From NCBI GenBank assembly GCA_005239945.1, contig SBAY01000363.1, forward strand, positions 1-44,783: a stretch of DNA of 44,783 nucleotides, written 5' to 3'. Positions 1 to 8,370 of this stretch are shown piece by piece. Position numbers and translations under genes: made by a program. Numbering within the stretch: position 1 is the first letter of the stretch; each line of letters begins with the position of its first letter. This DNA is from Nitrospira sp. (lineage in GTDB: Bacteria > UBA9089 > CG2-30-40-21 > SBAY01). The notes under the pieces are model-generated. The model ran no database searches, had not been told where the DNA came from, and worked only from the letters and a program-made list of their open reading frames with translations.

Positions 1-207
1 ACATCATTTAACCTTCAATGCCATTTTTGTCCCCAATTACAGGGACAAAAAAGTTAAATATCAGCTCTTTTTTTTCTTGACATATTACCACAGGACTTTT
101 CCAACCGTTAGGTTGGGATTTGGTTGCGGCTCTGCTGCGCTGTGACCTCTGTGGTTAATCTTCCTACTGTTAACTGACTGAGACATTACGATTTTAATCA
201 ATTTTTT

Positions 208-236
208 GTTGCATTTACTTTAATTGTTTGGTATAA
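208..236 (+). promoter_or_regulatory. sigma70-like promoter TTGCAT-17-TATAAT for the leuD-like gene
   Basis: TTGCAT 208-213, 17-bp spacer, TATAAT 231-236. The ORF-track start at 224 lies inside this promoter, so the real start is downstream. Confidence 0.5.
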
Positions 237-304
237 TAATCAAAAGAGAGAAGAAAATTGGAGTTTTGGGTTCCGGCTTGTCCGGATTAGGAAAGGAGGA
301 AAAG

Positions 305-805
305 ATGAAACTTAAAGGTAGGGTATTTAAATTTGGTGATGACATCTCTACAGATTTGATTGCACCGGGTAGATATTTTCATTTACGGTCTAACCTGCAA
401 GAATTGGCTAAACATGTCATGGAGGATGCAGACCCTGATTTTTACTCCAAAATAAAGCCGGGTGATTTTATTGTTGCCGGAAAGAATTTTGGCCTGGGCT
501 CAAGCCGCGAACATGCACCAACGATTATTAAAATAGCCGGACTCAGTGGGGTGATTGCCTCGTCTTTTGCCCGGATCTTCTTCCGCAATGCCATCAATGT
601 CGGATTACCTATGATTGAATGCGAGACTAAGGATATAGACCAGGGGGATGAAATAGAGGTAGATTTAGAAAAAGGTTGTTTGACCAACCTGACCAAAAAT
701 ACAAAATTAACCTTTCCCATGTTACCAAAGGTAATGACCAATATCTTACAGGATGGTGGGCTGATAGAACATATTGCTAAATATGGAGATTTCAGGTTGG
801 ATTAA
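305..805 (+). CDS. leuD: aconitase-family small (swivel-domain) subunit, LeuD/HacB type
   Basis: ORF 224-805 trimmed to ATG 305, preceded by AGGAAAGGAGGA. MKLKGRVFKFGDDISTDLIAPGRY and GLGSSREHAP are typical of short LeuD-type subunits. No large-subunit gene lies directly upstream in the window. Confidence 0.8.
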   Translation: MKLKGRVFKFGDDISTDLIAPGRYFHLRSNLQELAKHVMEDADPDFYSKIKPGDFIVAGKNFGLGSSREHAPTIIKIAGLSGVIASSFARIFFRNAINVGLPMIECETKDIDQGDEIEVDLEKGCLTNLTKNTKLTFPMLPKVMTNILQDGGLIEHIAKYGDFRLD

Positions 806-825
806 TTGAAGGAGGGTATTAAAAT

Positions 826-1137
826 ATGCGTAGATTACATTTACATAGTTTGATTGAAAAGGAAGATAATCTTTATTCAGCTATTTGTCTTGAACTTAAT
901 GTTGCCTCACAAGGAGAAACTATTGGTAAGGCAAAAAAAAACTTACAAGAGGCAGTAGAATTATACCTTGAGGATGTAATTGAGGCAGGGGATGAGCAAG
1001 AGTTTATCCCTCGCCCGGCACCAGAGGAAACCTGGATAAAATTCTTTGATGCAGAAACTAAACTTATGATTAAAAAACTATCTAATATTGCCTTACCAAA
1101 TAATATCAAGTTTGAGGAGATAGTTTATGCCAGATAA
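826..1137 (+). CDS. hicB: HicB-family antitoxin (UPF0150-type N-domain)
   Basis: LYSAICLELNVASQGETIGKAKKNLQEAVELYLEDV matches the HicB N-terminal fold signature. It overlaps the next gene by 11 bp. Confidence 0.7.
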   Translation: MRRLHLHSLIEKEDNLYSAICLELNVASQGETIGKAKKNLQEAVELYLEDVIEAGDEQEFIPRPAPEETWIKFFDAETKLMIKKLSNIALPNNIKFEEIVYAR

Positions 1138-1363
1138 AAGACTACTTTCACTATCAAGTGAAGAGGTAGAAAGAATTCTGAAAAAGAATAATTTTATCCT
1201 AACCCGTCAAAAAGGAAGCCATCAACAGTTTGTAGGTTATGTCCAGGGTAAAAAGAGGAGAGTAACCGTAATTGGTAATCAGAGAAATTTTGCCCCCGGA
1301 ACCTTAAAAAGTATAATTTTGCAATCTGGCATTAGCGAACAAGAATGGTTAGAAAATATATAG
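1127..1363 (+). CDS. hicA: HicA-family mRNA interferase toxin
   Basis: 78 aa. LKKNNFILTRQKGSHQQF ... GTLKSIILQSGIS is the YcfA/HicA signature (GSH motif). Translationally coupled to the preceding hicB. Confidence 0.75.
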   Translation: MPDKRLLSLSSEEVERILKKNNFILTRQKGSHQQFVGYVQGKKRRVTVIGNQRNFAPGTLKSIILQSGISEQEWLENI

Positions 1364-1373
1364 AGGTGTAATT

Positions 1374-2216
1374 TTGCGAGAGATACATACAAACACTATT
1401 ACAAAAACAGTCAAAGAATTATGCATCAAGGCTAATTTGGAGCTGAGGGAGGATGTGGTTTTAACCCTTGAGAAAAGCCTGCATAATGAAAGTCATCCGC
1501 GAGCTAAGCAGATACTCCAGATATTGCTCGAAAATGCCCAAATTGCTAAGGAAAAAAAACTGCCTATTTGCCAGGATACGGGAATAGCCATTGTCTTTGT
1601 GGAAATGGGACAGGAGGTAATGGTAGTTGGGGATGATTTAACCGAGGCGATCAATCAAGGAATCAGGCTGGGTTATGAAGAGGGATTTTGTCGGAAATCC
1701 GTGGTCAGCGACCCAATCTTACGAGAAAACACTAAGGACAACACCCCGGGGATTATCCACTATAACATAGTTCCTGGAAATAAATTAAAGATTACGGTTA
1801 TGCCCAAAGGATTTGGCTGTGAGAATAAAAGCTGTCTTAAGATGATGAGACCAACCGTTACTGTTTCCGAAATAAAAGAGGTTATCATCGAGGCAGTAAA
1901 GGAGGCAGGGCCAGATGCCTGCCCACCGTTTATCTTAGGAATTGGACTTGGCGGGACTATGGATAAAGCCGCTCAATTAGCCAAAGAGGCTTTGATTTTA
2001 CCTATTGATAAACCCTCCCCGCAGGAACATATTGCCAGATTAGAGCAAGAATTATTGGCTGAACTTAACAACCTTAATATTGGGCCAGCAGGATTAGGTG
2101 GCAAAACAACCGTCTTAGGGGTAAATATCCTCACCTATCCAACCCATATTGCCGGCTTGCCGGTAGCCATAAATATCAATTGCCATGCCTTGCGCAGTGC
2201 AGCTGAATATTTATAG
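1374..2216 (+). CDS. Fe-S hydro-lyase alpha subunit (class I fumarate hydratase / tartrate dehydratase alpha type)
   Basis: 280 aa with a TTG start. PICQDTGIAIVFVE and the GIGLGGT region are typical of the FumA N-terminal/TtdA family. No beta-subunit gene follows. Confidence 0.8.
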   Translation: MREIHTNTITKTVKELCIKANLELREDVVLTLEKSLHNESHPRAKQILQILLENAQIAKEKKLPICQDTGIAIVFVEMGQEVMVVGDDLTEAINQGIRLGYEEGFCRKSVVSDPILRENTKDNTPGIIHYNIVPGNKLKITVMPKGFGCENKSCLKMMRPTVTVSEIKEVIIEAVKEAGPDACPPFILGIGLGGTMDKAAQLAKEALILPIDKPSPQEHIARLEQELLAELNNLNIGPAGLGGKTTVLGVNILTYPTHIAGLPVAININCHALRSAAEYL

Positions 2217-2259
2217 AGGAAGAAATGGGTCAGGGACAATACTGTTCGGAATGAATTTT

Positions 2260-2346
2260 GGTAATCGGGATTGGGGGTTCGGGGTCCGGATTTCGGGATT
2301 CGGGGTTGGAAAGTCAATCTTTTCCTTCCCTTCCTGAACCCAGAAC
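2260..2346. repeat. GGTAATCGGG/GGGATTCGGGG-word imperfect palindrome
   Basis: ggtaatcgggattgggggttcggggtccggatttcgggattcggggttgg ... ttccttcccttcctgaacccagaa. Related words recur at 5384-5442 and 13937-13976. Confidence 0.6.
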
Positions 2347-2372
2347 TCCTATTTTTAGAAAGGGGAAAAACC

Positions 2373-4295
2373 TTGGCTGAGTTAAGAATTTTAGAGATTA
2401 GTTTATTGTCCCTTCTGCTGATAACCTCTTTCTGCCCTGGTTTTAGAATACTCAAAATTCTTAGGGTTAGCCCAAATAGTTTCATGGAGGAAATTGTCTT
2501 CTGCCTCGGATTGGGACTGAGCAGCCTTTCTTTGCTCGTTTTAGAATTAGGGTTGCTCGGTCTTCTTTATGATTGGATTTTCTATGTCCTATTTGGGGTT
2601 GTATTAATTATTTTTTACCCGGAGTTATGGTATTTTTTACGCCGGCTGTGGTGTGCGAAAAACAAACGAATTCCAATGTGGATATTTATTCCCTTGTCTT
2701 TCACCCTTTTTTTAGCCATAATCTTACTCCTGGTTCCTACCATTACCTTTGATGCCCTGGTTTATCATTTAGCCGTGCCGCAAACCTACATCAAACACCA
2801 CAAAATTATTTATCTGCCCAACAACTGCTTTTCAAATTATACCTTTAATACCGAGATGCTCTTTACCCTGGGACTTTTATTAAAAGGGGACTTATTAGCT
2901 AAGTCTATACATTTTCTATTTGGGCTTTTGTCTGCCCTGGGGATTTACGCCTTAGCCAGAAGATATTTTGGCCAAAGGACAGCTTATTGGTCTGTTTTAG
3001 CTTTTTGTAGTATGCCTTTAGCCGTGTTTGTGGCTACGGCTGCCTTTAACGATTTTGCCCTTACCTTTTATGAAATTCTGGCGGTCTATGCCTTTATCAA
3101 CTGGTATCACGAGAAAAATCACGGTTGGTTATTGGTTTGTGGGCTGACCTGCGGATTGGCCATTGGTACAAAATACTTTGGTGGCTTTTGCTTTGTTATC
3201 TTATCCTTAAGTATTCTCTGGCTAACATGGCGTCAACAAGGTATCTTGAAAGGGCTCAAAACCACCGCGAGCTTTGCCATCTTAGTCCTCCTACCCAATC
3301 TCCCCTGGTTGATAAAAAACCTCATCTGGACAGGTAACCCTGTTTTCCCATTGTTTTATCCAATTTTGGGTGGGAAAAACTGGAGTCAATTTCTTTACAC
3401 CCAATATTTATACGAAATGACCCGCTATAGTCAGGGACATCACCTCTTCCTGAAACCATTTATCTTCCTCTGGGAGATAAGTTTTAAACAGGGAGGAGGG
3501 ATGGAGTCGGGCATAAAACTTACCGTTGGCCCAATATTTTTAAGCCTGCTACCTTTCCTTCTGCAATGGAGAAAATTAGATTTTGGCATCAAATATTTAC
3601 TTGCCTTCTGCGGGGTTTTCTTCCTCTTCTGGTCTTATGTCTGTGCCGTGGATAGATTTGCCTTACCTTGCTTTGTTTTGTTATGTGTTGTCGTTGGTTA
3701 TACGCTTGAACGCTTTAAAGGCAAACGCCTTTATCCCTGCCTCCTGGTTATTTTATTAATCAGTCTCTGCCTGAATTGGGGATATGTCTTCAAGGTTATC
3801 CACAAAAACGCGTATTTTATGTGTCTGAAAAAGGCAAATACCGAAAAATTCCTGCTTGAAAAATCCATCATCAAGGACTACTACGATGTTATTTCCTGGA
3901 GCAATCGTCATCTGCCAGCACAAAGCAAGGTTTTATTCATTGGTGAGGTGCGAAGTTACTACTGCCTAAGGGATAAATTAGTCGCCAGCCAATTTGATAC
4001 CAACATCATCCTCAAATTAATCCGTAAATCTAAAGGAATTGAAGGGTTGCTGTGGAATTTAAAACAGTCCGGGGTAACCCATGTGCTGGACAATGAAACA
4101 GGCACAAGGTGGCTAAATCAATACTTTGACTACTTCCATTGGAAAAACAATGGAGAAAAGGAATTATATAATTTATTCAGGCAGAATTACTTAAGGTTAA
4201 TCTATGTCCATGGGACAATAGCATTATTTGAAATTCAGGGGTTAGACTTAATTCACCACGGAAACACGGAGAAAAAGGTAATCGGTAGTTGGTAA
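2373..4295 (+). CDS. polytopic GT-C-fold membrane glycosyltransferase (GT39/ArnT/PMT_2-like)
   Basis: About 12 or more hydrophobic segments, a first-loop FDALVYH motif and a soluble C-terminal domain. Start is uncertain: TTG 2373 after AAAGGGGA, or ATG 2484. The ORF-track start at 2271 reads through the repeat. The C-terminal tail (..HHGNTEKKVIGSW) is encoded by the 4256-4362 palindrome. Confidence 0.55.
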   Translation: MAELRILEISLLSLLLITSFCPGFRILKILRVSPNSFMEEIVFCLGLGLSSLSLLVLELGLLGLLYDWIFYVLFGVVLIIFYPELWYFLRRLWCAKNKRIPMWIFIPLSFTLFLAIILLLVPTITFDALVYHLAVPQTYIKHHKIIYLPNNCFSNYTFNTEMLFTLGLLLKGDLLAKSIHFLFGLLSALGIYALARRYFGQRTAYWSVLAFCSMPLAVFVATAAFNDFALTFYEILAVYAFINWYHEKNHGWLLVCGLTCGLAIGTKYFGGFCFVILSLSILWLTWRQQGILKGLKTTASFAILVLLPNLPWLIKNLIWTGNPVFPLFYPILGGKNWSQFLYTQYLYEMTRYSQGHHLFLKPFIFLWEISFKQGGGMESGIKLTVGPIFLSLLPFLLQWRKLDFGIKYLLAFCGVFFLFWSYVCAVDRFALPCFVLLCVVVGYTLERFKGKRLYPCLLVILLISLCLNWGYVFKVIHKNAYFMCLKKANTEKFLLEKSIIKDYYDVISWSNRHLPAQSKVLFIGEVRSYYCLRDKLVASQFDTNIILKLIRKSKGIEGLLWNLKQSGVTHVLDNETGTRWLNQYFDYFHWKNNGEKELYNLFRQNYLRLIYVHGTIALFEIQGLDLIHHGNTEKKVIGSW

Positions 4296-4362
4296 TCGGT
4301 AATCAGGTAACTCTTTACCGATAACTGATTACCTTCTTCTCTGGGTCTCCGTGCCTCCGTGG
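4256..4362. repeat. nested palindrome (outer CCACGGA..CGGAG arms, inner GGTAATCGG/CCGATTACC-type arms)
   Basis: ccacggaaacacggagaaaaaggtaatcggtagttggtaatcggtaatcaggtaa ctc tttaccgataactgattacc ttcttctctgggtctccgtgcctccgtgg. It overlaps the stop codon of the upstream CDS and probably acts as a terminator hairpin. Confidence 0.75.
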
Positions 4363-4382
4363 TAAATATTTTAAAAAAATTG

Positions 4383-4411
4383 TTGCAAAAATTTAAAAAG
4401 AATGATAGAAT
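4383..4411 (+). promoter_or_regulatory. sigma70-like promoter TTGCAA-17-TAGAAT
   Basis: TTGCAA 4383-4388, 17-bp spacer, TAGAAT 4406-4411. Followed by GAAGGGA and ATG 4432. Confidence 0.5.
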
Positions 4412-4431
4412 AATTTCAGAAGGGAAAAAAT

Positions 4432-5082
4432 ATGTATTTAGTAAGATGGTTATGCCTTTGTTTAATAATATTTTTGGGGGTTGGCTGTAATCAAGGAATT
4501 GCACCAAAAGAGGAGCTCAAACCACTACCAGGTTTAAAACCTGTACCAGGTTTTAAACCTGAAATTGACAGTGCCGTTCAACAGGAAATAATCCAGGAAG
4601 GTAATGTCAAAGGAAGTCCAGGATTACCACCTGCAAAGATTACACCGCCAATAGGAAGCAAGAAAAAAGAGGGGATTGAAGAACAATCTAAGCAAGCACA
4701 AATCCATTATCTTCAACAAAAACCTATGGAAATCGAGACAAAAGAGATTAAGTGGTATACCTCTTTTGAGAAAGGATTAAAGGCAGGTAAAGAAGAGGGA
4801 AAACCTTTGATGGTAGATTTTGAGGCAAGCTGGTGTGGTTGGTGTAAGAAGTTAGATGAAATTACCTACAAAGATACACAAGTAATAACCCTTTCCAAGA
4901 AATTTATTCCGGTTAAGGTTGACTGTGATACCGACCGTGTTACTCCTCAGAAATATGGGATAAGGGGATTACCAACTATTATCTTCATGGATTCTGCCGG
5001 GCAAATACTTCATCAAATAATAGGTTATCGTGGCCCGGAAGATTTTGCAGCAGAAATGAACAAGGTGGTAAATGAAAATTAA
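4432..5082 (+). CDS. secreted/lipoprotein thioredoxin-fold protein (thiol:disulfide oxidoreductase-like)
   Basis: Signal peptide with a lipobox-like LGVGC, a Pro/Lys-rich linker, then a thioredoxin fold with SWCGWCKKLD (CxxC) and a GLPT cis-Pro loop. Confidence 0.7.
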   Translation: MYLVRWLCLCLIIFLGVGCNQGIAPKEELKPLPGLKPVPGFKPEIDSAVQQEIIQEGNVKGSPGLPPAKITPPIGSKKKEGIEEQSKQAQIHYLQQKPMEIETKEIKWYTSFEKGLKAGKEEGKPLMVDFEASWCGWCKKLDEITYKDTQVITLSKKFIPVKVDCDTDRVTPQKYGIRGLPTIIFMDSAGQILHQIIGYRGPEDFAAEMNKVVNEN

Positions 5083-5184
5083 CCGTTTATGAATCAGAAA
5101 GGGTTCAAAAAGTCGAGGGAGATTATCCTTAACCCCTTGAACCCTCTGACAATATTTTATCAAGAAAAAAGGAGGAAAGAAAAA

Positions 5185-5361
5185 ATGGCGGCTGTAGTTG
5201 ACAAAGAAAATTGTGTGGCCTGTGAAATGTGTATTGATGTCTGCCCGACTAATGCCATAAGTATGATTGACGATGTGGCTGTGGTAAATGAAGACGAATG
5301 CACAGACTGTGGCACTTGTGTCGAAGAATGCCCAAATGAGGCTATCTCAATACCTGCATAA
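5185..5361 (+). CDS. 2x[4Fe-4S] ferredoxin
   Basis: Trimmed to ATG 5185 after AAAAGGAGGAAAG. Carries two CxxCxxCxxxCP motifs (CVACEMCIDVCP, CTDCGTCVEECP). Confidence 0.85.
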   Translation: MAAVVDKENCVACEMCIDVCPTNAISMIDDVAVVNEDECTDCGTCVEECPNEAISIPA

Positions 5362-5383
5362 TTAATCAGGGATAAATTGGTTT

Positions 5384-5442
5384 GGGGTTTAGGAATAAGT
5401 CATATCGGTCATATAAGTCTTATTCTTCCTGAACCCCGAATC
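5384..5442. repeat. GGGG..AGGAATAAG / CTTATTC..CCCCGAATC hairpin
   Basis: ggggtttaggaataag ... cttattcttcctgaaccccgaatc. It shares the cctgaacccc(gaatc) word with 2260-2346 and 13937-13976. Confidence 0.6.
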
Positions 5443-5466
5443 TAAAAAAGGGAGGTGTAACAAAAA

Positions 5467-5784
5467 ATGGCTATGGAGCTAACCGATTCTAACTTCGAGA
5501 AGGAAGTCATAAAGTCCTCTATACCTGTACTGGTTGATTTCTGGGCGCCATGGTGTGGACCATGTAAAATGCTTGCCCCAACCTTAGATGAACTGACTAA
5601 AGAATATGAAGGAAGGGTGAAAATTGGCAAGGTGAATGTGGATGAAAATCAGGCAAAGGCTGGAGAATATAATGTTACCAGTATTCCTAATCTAAAATTA
5701 TTTAAGGATGGAAAGATGATTGATGAGATGATTGGGGTTGTGCCAAAGAAAACCATTATGAAAAAATTGGATGAAATCCTGTAA
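5467..5784 (+). CDS. trxA: thioredoxin
   Basis: 105 aa. VLVDFWAPWCGPCKMLAP is the canonical WCGPC active site. SD GGGAGG lies upstream. Confidence 0.92.
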   Translation: MAMELTDSNFEKEVIKSSIPVLVDFWAPWCGPCKMLAPTLDELTKEYEGRVKIGKVNVDENQAKAGEYNVTSIPNLKLFKDGKMIDEMIGVVPKKTIMKKLDEIL

Positions 5785-5792
5785 GAGAAAGG

Positions 5793-5881
5793 AAATAGGT
5801 AAAAGGTAATCGATAAAAGGTAATCGGTTATCAGGTAAGTAGTTACCGATAACCGATTAACTTTTACCGATTACCTTATTT
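5793..5881. repeat. GGTAATCGG-word palindrome
   Basis: aaataggtaaaaggtaatcgataaaaggtaatcggttatcaggtaa gtag ttaccgataaccgattaacttttaccgattaccttattt. A long imperfect hairpin that nearly fills the trxA-downstream gap. Confidence 0.75.
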
Positions 5882-5889
5882 ACAAAGAA

Positions 5890-6918
5890 ATGGAGATAAT
5901 TGTTTATAATCTTAAACATGGGTTAATAATAACCGTTTTTGTGTTTGTTATGATGATGCTGGTGGATTATATTGAGGTATTAACCCAGGGCAAAATGAGT
6001 AAGGTCATAAAAGGTGGTTGTTGGAGACAGTATGTAGGGGCATCAGGTTTGGCTGTTATACCGGGTTGTTTAGGGTCATTTATGAATGTCTCTTTTTATG
6101 TCCATGGGCTATTAAGCTTTGGGGCTCTGACAGGAGGTATGATTGCCGCCTCAGGTGATGAGGCTTTTGTTATGCTCACCCTGTTTCCCAAACAAGCCCT
6201 GATGCTTTTTGCCATCCTCTTTATTTTAGGAATTGTCTCTGCCTGGGTAATTGATAAAATACTCCCTGTTTTGAAGATTAAACCATGCCCTGCATGCGAA
6301 TTATCTGAGGTGCATTTCAAAAAAGATGTCTGTAAAATCCTTGATGTCCAAGGTGTATTGGACAATTTGCGCAAGATTACCCTTTCAAGATTTCTTTTGT
6401 TGGCTCTGTCTTTAATCTTCATCGTTTTCGTAGTCGCCAGAATCATTTCTATAGAAGAAACCTGGGAAAGAAATACGCTTATCTCCTTGCTTTTATTGGC
6501 CATATTTATCATTATCACTGTTCCGGACCATTATTTAGAAGAGCATATTTGGAATCACCTTGCCAAAAGACATCTCGGGCGAGTATTTTTATGGACATTC
6601 TTTTCATTTTTAGCTATAGATATAGGGCAGAATTTCTGGAATTTAGAAGCGTATGTTAAAGAAAATATGTTTTGGGTATTGATTATTGCCGCTCTAATCG
6701 GCTTAATACCTGAATCAGGTCCACATCTTATCTTTGTGACGATGTTTGCTAATGGAATTATCCCTTTCTCAGTTCTGTTGACAAGTTCTATCATCCAGGA
6801 TGGACATGGGATGCTCCCATTTCTGTCTTATTCCGTAAAACATGCCCTGTTAATAAAAATAATCAACCTGGTAATTGGTTTGAGTTGTGGTTTAATCCTT
6901 TATATGGTAGGTTTTTGA
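5890..6918 (+). CDS. 10-TM-type integral membrane protein (ArsP_2/DUF2899-like putative permease)
   Basis: 342 aa and very hydrophobic. The N-half motif PGCLGSF...GALTGGMIAASGDEAFVML and the C-half ESGPHLIFV resemble, from memory, the putative 10TM heavy-metal exporter family. The assignment is tentative. Confidence 0.45.
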   Translation: MEIIVYNLKHGLIITVFVFVMMMLVDYIEVLTQGKMSKVIKGGCWRQYVGASGLAVIPGCLGSFMNVSFYVHGLLSFGALTGGMIAASGDEAFVMLTLFPKQALMLFAILFILGIVSAWVIDKILPVLKIKPCPACELSEVHFKKDVCKILDVQGVLDNLRKITLSRFLLLALSLIFIVFVVARIISIEETWERNTLISLLLLAIFIIITVPDHYLEEHIWNHLAKRHLGRVFLWTFFSFLAIDIGQNFWNLEAYVKENMFWVLIIAALIGLIPESGPHLIFVTMFANGIIPFSVLLTSSIIQDGHGMLPFLSYSVKHALLIKIINLVIGLSCGLILYMVGF

Positions 6919-6919
6919 T

Positions 6920-7441
6920 ATGCCCATTTTACCTATAAAAAAATATCCTGACCCTATCCTTTACAAAAAGGCTAAAGAAGTAAATAAGATAAGGAAGAAG
7001 ACCGTAGATTTGATTACAAATATGCTGGAGACAATGTATGCGGCAAAAGGTGTTGGCTTAGCGGCTAACCAGGTTGGTGTGTTACAACGGATTATTGTGG
7101 CTGACCCTGATTCTGCCAATGCCAATGACCGGGATAAAAAACCCCGTAATCCTATGGTCCTGCTCAATCCTGAAATTATATCTCAGGAAGGAGAAAATGT
7201 AGCCGAAGAGGGATGTTTGAGTTTCCCCCAGGTTATAGGGATGGTAAAAAGGGCACAACAGGTAAGGATTAAGGGTTTGAATTTAATGGGTGAATCGATA
7301 GAAATAGAAGCCGCCGGTTTTCCCGCACGAGTTCTGCAACACGAGATTGACCACCTCAATGGAATAGTTTTTATCGACCGGATGGATAAAGAGACACGAG
7401 AAACTGCCAGGAAACAAATGGAGATAGCAAGGAAAAGGTAG
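6920..7441 (+). CDS. def: peptide deformylase
   Basis: GVGLAANQVG, EGCLSFP and HEIDHLNG are the three canonical Def motifs. The start lies 1 nt after the previous stop. Confidence 0.92.
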   Translation: MPILPIKKYPDPILYKKAKEVNKIRKKTVDLITNMLETMYAAKGVGLAANQVGVLQRIIVADPDSANANDRDKKPRNPMVLLNPEIISQEGENVAEEGCLSFPQVIGMVKRAQQVRIKGLNLMGESIEIEAAGFPARVLQHEIDHLNGIVFIDRMDKETRETARKQMEIARKR

Positions 7442-7517
7442 GAATGGTAAATGGTTATCGGTAATCAGGTAATCGGTTGTTACCGATTACCTGATTACCG
7501 ATAACCGATTACCATTC
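7442..7517. repeat. near-perfect GGTAATCGG-word palindrome
   Basis: gaatggtaaatggttatcggtaatcaggtaatcgg ttgt taccgattacctgattaccgataaccgattaccattc. It starts immediately after the def stop codon. Confidence 0.85.
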
Positions 7518-7530
7518 AAGGGGGTGTGCT

Positions 7531-8304
7531 ATGGAATACATTTATGGACCCGTGTCTTCATGGAGATTAGGAAGTTCACTGGGTATCGATTTGCTTTCAC
7601 AGAGGCATAGGATATGCACCTTTGACTGTATTTACTGTCAGCTTGGTAAAGGAAAGAGATTTGCTTCGTCAAGAAAGGTGTATGTTCCCACCCACAAAAT
7701 AATCAAAGAGTTAGAGATGGTATCATTGCCTCAACCTATTAATTATCTAACACTTTCAGGGCGTGGTGAACCTACACTGGCAGAAAACTTAGGTGAGACA
7801 ATAACGGCAATAAAGGCAATCCGAAAAGAGCCAGTAGCGGTTTTAACTAACGCATCCTTAATAACAAATGACAAAGTAAGGGCAGAACTTTCTTTAGCCG
7901 ATTTTGTATCAGTCAAATTAGATGCCTCATCCGAGGAGTCATTTGAATTGCTCAATAAACCCGCCCCAGGGATTAAATTTGCACAAATCCGCCAGGGCAT
8001 AAAACAATTCAAAAAAGAATATGGTGGAATATTTGGGCTACAGATTATGTTTATTGCCCAAAATAAAGATAATGTCTCTGAATTAGCCGAGTTGGCTTTT
8101 GAACTCAACCCAGATGAGGTGCAGATAAATACCCCTTTGCGTCCCTGTCCAATCAAACCGCTGTCTAAAGAAGAAATCTCTATGATAAAGGGTTATTTTA
8201 AAGGATTGAATGTCGTCTCAGTTTATGATAGAACACCCAAAGAAATTGAACCTATCAATGCAGAGGATACTTTAAGGCGACGGGGAAAGATTGAAATTCC
8301 GTAA
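7531..8304 (+). CDS. radical SAM protein, function unknown
   Basis: CTFDCIYCQ is a CxxxCxxC cluster motif near the N-terminus. GRGEPTL is a SAM-binding GGE-like motif. SD GGGGG lies upstream. Confidence 0.75.
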   Translation: MEYIYGPVSSWRLGSSLGIDLLSQRHRICTFDCIYCQLGKGKRFASSRKVYVPTHKIIKELEMVSLPQPINYLTLSGRGEPTLAENLGETITAIKAIRKEPVAVLTNASLITNDKVRAELSLADFVSVKLDASSEESFELLNKPAPGIKFAQIRQGIKQFKKEYGGIFGLQIMFIAQNKDNVSELAELAFELNPDEVQINTPLRPCPIKPLSKEEISMIKGYFKGLNVVSVYDRTPKEIEPINAEDTLRRRGKIEIP

Positions 8305-8335
8305 TCCATCAGTTACCACTCACAAATAAATCTTC

Positions 8336-8364
8336 TTGACAATACGAATAAGGATAGGTATAAT
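8336..8364 (+). promoter_or_regulatory. consensus sigma70 promoter TTGACA-17-TATAAT abutting the guaA start (leaderless-type)
   Basis: TTGACA 8336-8341, 17-bp spacer, TATAAT 8359-8364. Only tagttt (6 nt) lies before ATG 8371, and there is no SD. Confidence 0.6.
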
Positions 8365-8370
8365 TAGTTT

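Noticed and set aside
1-223. The upstream leader of the leuD-like gene could be a T-box or leucine attenuator.
   Set aside because: Only short hairpins are visible (tttttgtccc/gggacaaaaa at about 24-51, ccaacc/ggttgg at about 103-118) along with repeat words. I saw no T-box consensus (AGAGA/GNUGGNA-type) and no Leu-codon-rich leader peptide.
224-304. The ORF track gives N-terminal extensions for several genes, with starts at 224, 2271, 5089, 10816, 29297, 33364, 33552, 43447 and 43838.
   Set aside because: The extensions run through promoters or palindromic repeats, lack SDs, and add residues absent from the canonical family N-termini. Internal starts with an SD or a promoter context were preferred.
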